From Candidatus Dormiibacterota bacterium (lineage in GTDB: Bacteria; Chloroflexota; Dormibacteria; Aeolococcales; Aeolococcaceae), in the NCBI GenBank assembly GCA_036833315.1, contig DAITPY010000005.1:1576-65575 (forward strand): a stretch of 64,000 nt of DNA. Direction: 5' to 3'. A program made the translations under genes and the position numbers. Below are positions 63,723-64,000 of this stretch, one piece after another. The first letter of the stretch is position 1, and every line of letters starts with the position of its first letter. The notes below the pieces were generated by a model. That model saw only the letters and a program-made list of their open reading frames with translations. It was not told the DNA's origin and did not search any database.

Positions 63723-64000
63723 TGGGTGAGACCGGTGCCGGTGCGCACGGCGCGACGTTCCTCGTTCGACACCGGCATGCGGCAGCCTCCGCAGAACTCG
63801 CCCGCGAGCTGGGTCACTGCCGGCCGCCGGCGGGAAGCGATCCGCGCGTATAGCGAAAGGTCAGCCGGATCCGCCTCAGCCCGCAGCGCGTCACGCTCTG
63901 CGTTCGACGTTTCGAGCTGCTCCACCAGTGATGCAAGGCGGGCGCGAAGCGGTTCCATCGCGTCGGCCCGCTGTGCCTCACGCGCCACCACACTCGCCGA
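63689..64000 (-). CDS. COG1579-type zinc-ribbon/coiled-coil protein, N-terminus beyond window
   Basis: C-terminal ...QLAGEFCGGCRMPVSNEERRAVRTGTGLTQCANCDRILAP preceded by coiled-coil. This family commonly lies upstream of rnhA. Confidence 0.55.
   Translation of the reverse strand, partial: SASVVAREAQRADAMEPLRARLASLVEQLETSNAERDALRAEADPADLSLYARIASRRRPAVTQLAGEFCGGCRMPVSNEERRAVRTGTGLTQCANCDRILAP

Noticed and set aside
1-64000. CRISPR arrays, retron/DGR reverse transcriptases, restriction-modification or CBASS-type operons
   Set aside because: No regularly spaced direct repeats, and no RT, Cas, methyltransferase/REase or CD-NTase motifs were seen in any ORF translation.

Overview
Very GC-rich bacterial chromosomal window with about 55 protein genes, two structured RNAs (tmRNA and RNase P RNA) and one accessory patch. 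Gene calls rest on reading the supplied ORF translations for conserved motifs and on reading the DNA by eye. No searches or computations were run, so family assignments are motif-level and approximate.

Layout, left to right:
- (i) 3' part of dnaK, a convergent membrane protein, an orphan TM-HAMP-GAF sensor kinase and a convergent 1421-aa Lhr-type helicase.
- (ii) A minus-strand signalling operon: NTF2-like lipoprotein, HAMP histidine kinase, REC-only response regulator, REC-class III nucleotidyl cyclase fusion, then a LOR/YxjI (Tubby-like) protein. It is followed by a large cyclase-AAA-TPR STAND-type protein, a MazE/MazF-like toxin-antitoxin pair and a second orphan membrane kinase (HisKA_3 type).
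- (iii) A ~6.1 kb low-GC insertion bounded by a 28-bp direct repeat of the 3' end of the tmRNA gene (ssrA). It carries a secreted 390-aa protein, a phospholipase-C/acid-phosphatase-family lipoprotein, gene debris (Vgb/IPT fragment, frameshifted HK97-type prohead protease) and no integrase. I read it as a decayed tmRNA-targeted island or prophage remnant, and as the best candidate for the undescribed system hinted at in the task.
- (iv) Intact ssrA, an FAD oxidoreductase, an MFS transporter and hflX.
- (v) A ~30 kb single-strand block of tightly overlapping housekeeping and cell-envelope genes: smpB, fmt, def, priA, coaB/coaC, gmk, rluD, lspA, ileS, yggS, nrdR, ftsZ, ftsA, [ADH + divergent metF insertion], ftsQ, TM-anchored murF, a hydrolase, ddl, murB, murC, murG, ftsW, murD, mraY, ftsI, ftsL, rsmH, mraZ.
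- (vi) pepE-like S51 peptidase, rnpB (RNase P RNA), rnhA and the 3' part of a COG1579 zinc-ribbon gene.

Main oddities:
- The ssrA-bounded island and its secreted cargo.
- A two-component system apparently wired to a cyclic-nucleotide cyclase.
- coaBC split at a G5 homopolymer.
- murF carrying an N-terminal 4-TM domain and displaced from its usual slot, with murE absent from the cluster.
- ftsQ separated from ftsA by two unrelated genes.
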